The notes under the pieces are model-generated. The model was not told the DNA's origin. It saw only the letters and a list, made by a program, of their open reading frames with translations, and did no database searches. The position numbers and the translations under genes were made by a program. Shown here piece by piece: positions 63,734 through 64,000 of a stretch of DNA of 64,000 bases. The stretch's first letter is position 1, and every line of letters begins with the position of its first letter. Source of the stretch: Haliotis cracherodii (lineage: Eukaryota); contig NW_027266264.1 of assembly GCF_022045235.1 (NCBI RefSeq), positions 8,246,001 to 8,310,000 on the forward strand, written 5' to 3'.

Positions 63734-63757
63734 CAAACTCCTCCAATGTGAAAAGAG
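63734..63757 (+). CDS. 24-nt microexon after Ig2 (ANSSNVKR); gene continues beyond the window
   Basis: Acceptor ttttctgtatttcatttcAG (63732-33), donor AG|GTAAGG (63758). Phase 1-1, in frame with the Ig2 exon. Confidence 0.8.
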
Positions 63758-64000
63758 GTAAGGTGATCTTCCGAAAAAAATGATACAGTTGTTTCATGCC
63801 AAATGTGCACATTATGAGCTTAAGGAGCCTCTGCAGAAAGTATACCTCAATGAAACTTTAATAATCTATTCTTAGCTGATACCAGTGTTGGGAAGCACAT
63901 TTCCTGTAATGATTGCACAGCACAGGTTCATACTGCAATGATACTGTAACAGTAAATGAGTTTTCTACTCTATGGCAGATCTCATAAGACAAGTCTACTG

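Overview
Repeat-rich, AT-rich animal genomic DNA with two scaffold gaps (22198-22331, 22621-22805). The repeat repertoire suggests a mollusc, plausibly an abalone-like gastropod; this is inference only. The only convincing protein-coding gene is a + strand, spliced two-Ig-domain neural adhesion gene of the Dpr/ZIG-8 ('Wirin') type. Its exons are 41733-41929, 56158-56377, 57961-57981 (21-nt microexon), 59704-59994 and 63734-63757 (24-nt microexon). A signal-peptide exon may lie near 36950-37049, and the gene continues past the window end. Almost all listed ORFs are artefacts of repeats. The rest is a dense mobile-element landscape: four SINE-like families sharing a related 3' tail, hAT and pogo/Tigger-type MITEs, and about eight minisatellites. 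The most notable element is a complete 391-bp miniature LTR retroelement (TRIM) at 43812-44202 whose LTRs each carry a tRNA-Arg(TCG)-derived Pol III cassette, with a tRNA-Lys PBS, a PPT and a 4-bp TSD. Also notable are a Penelope-like inverted remnant with a decayed hammerhead ribozyme core (12759-12941), a 44-bp satellite grown from the structured 5' head of a SINE-like element (18108-19386), and a CpG-rich palindromic element with exactly 42-bp-phased repeat/spacer units (25456-25592).
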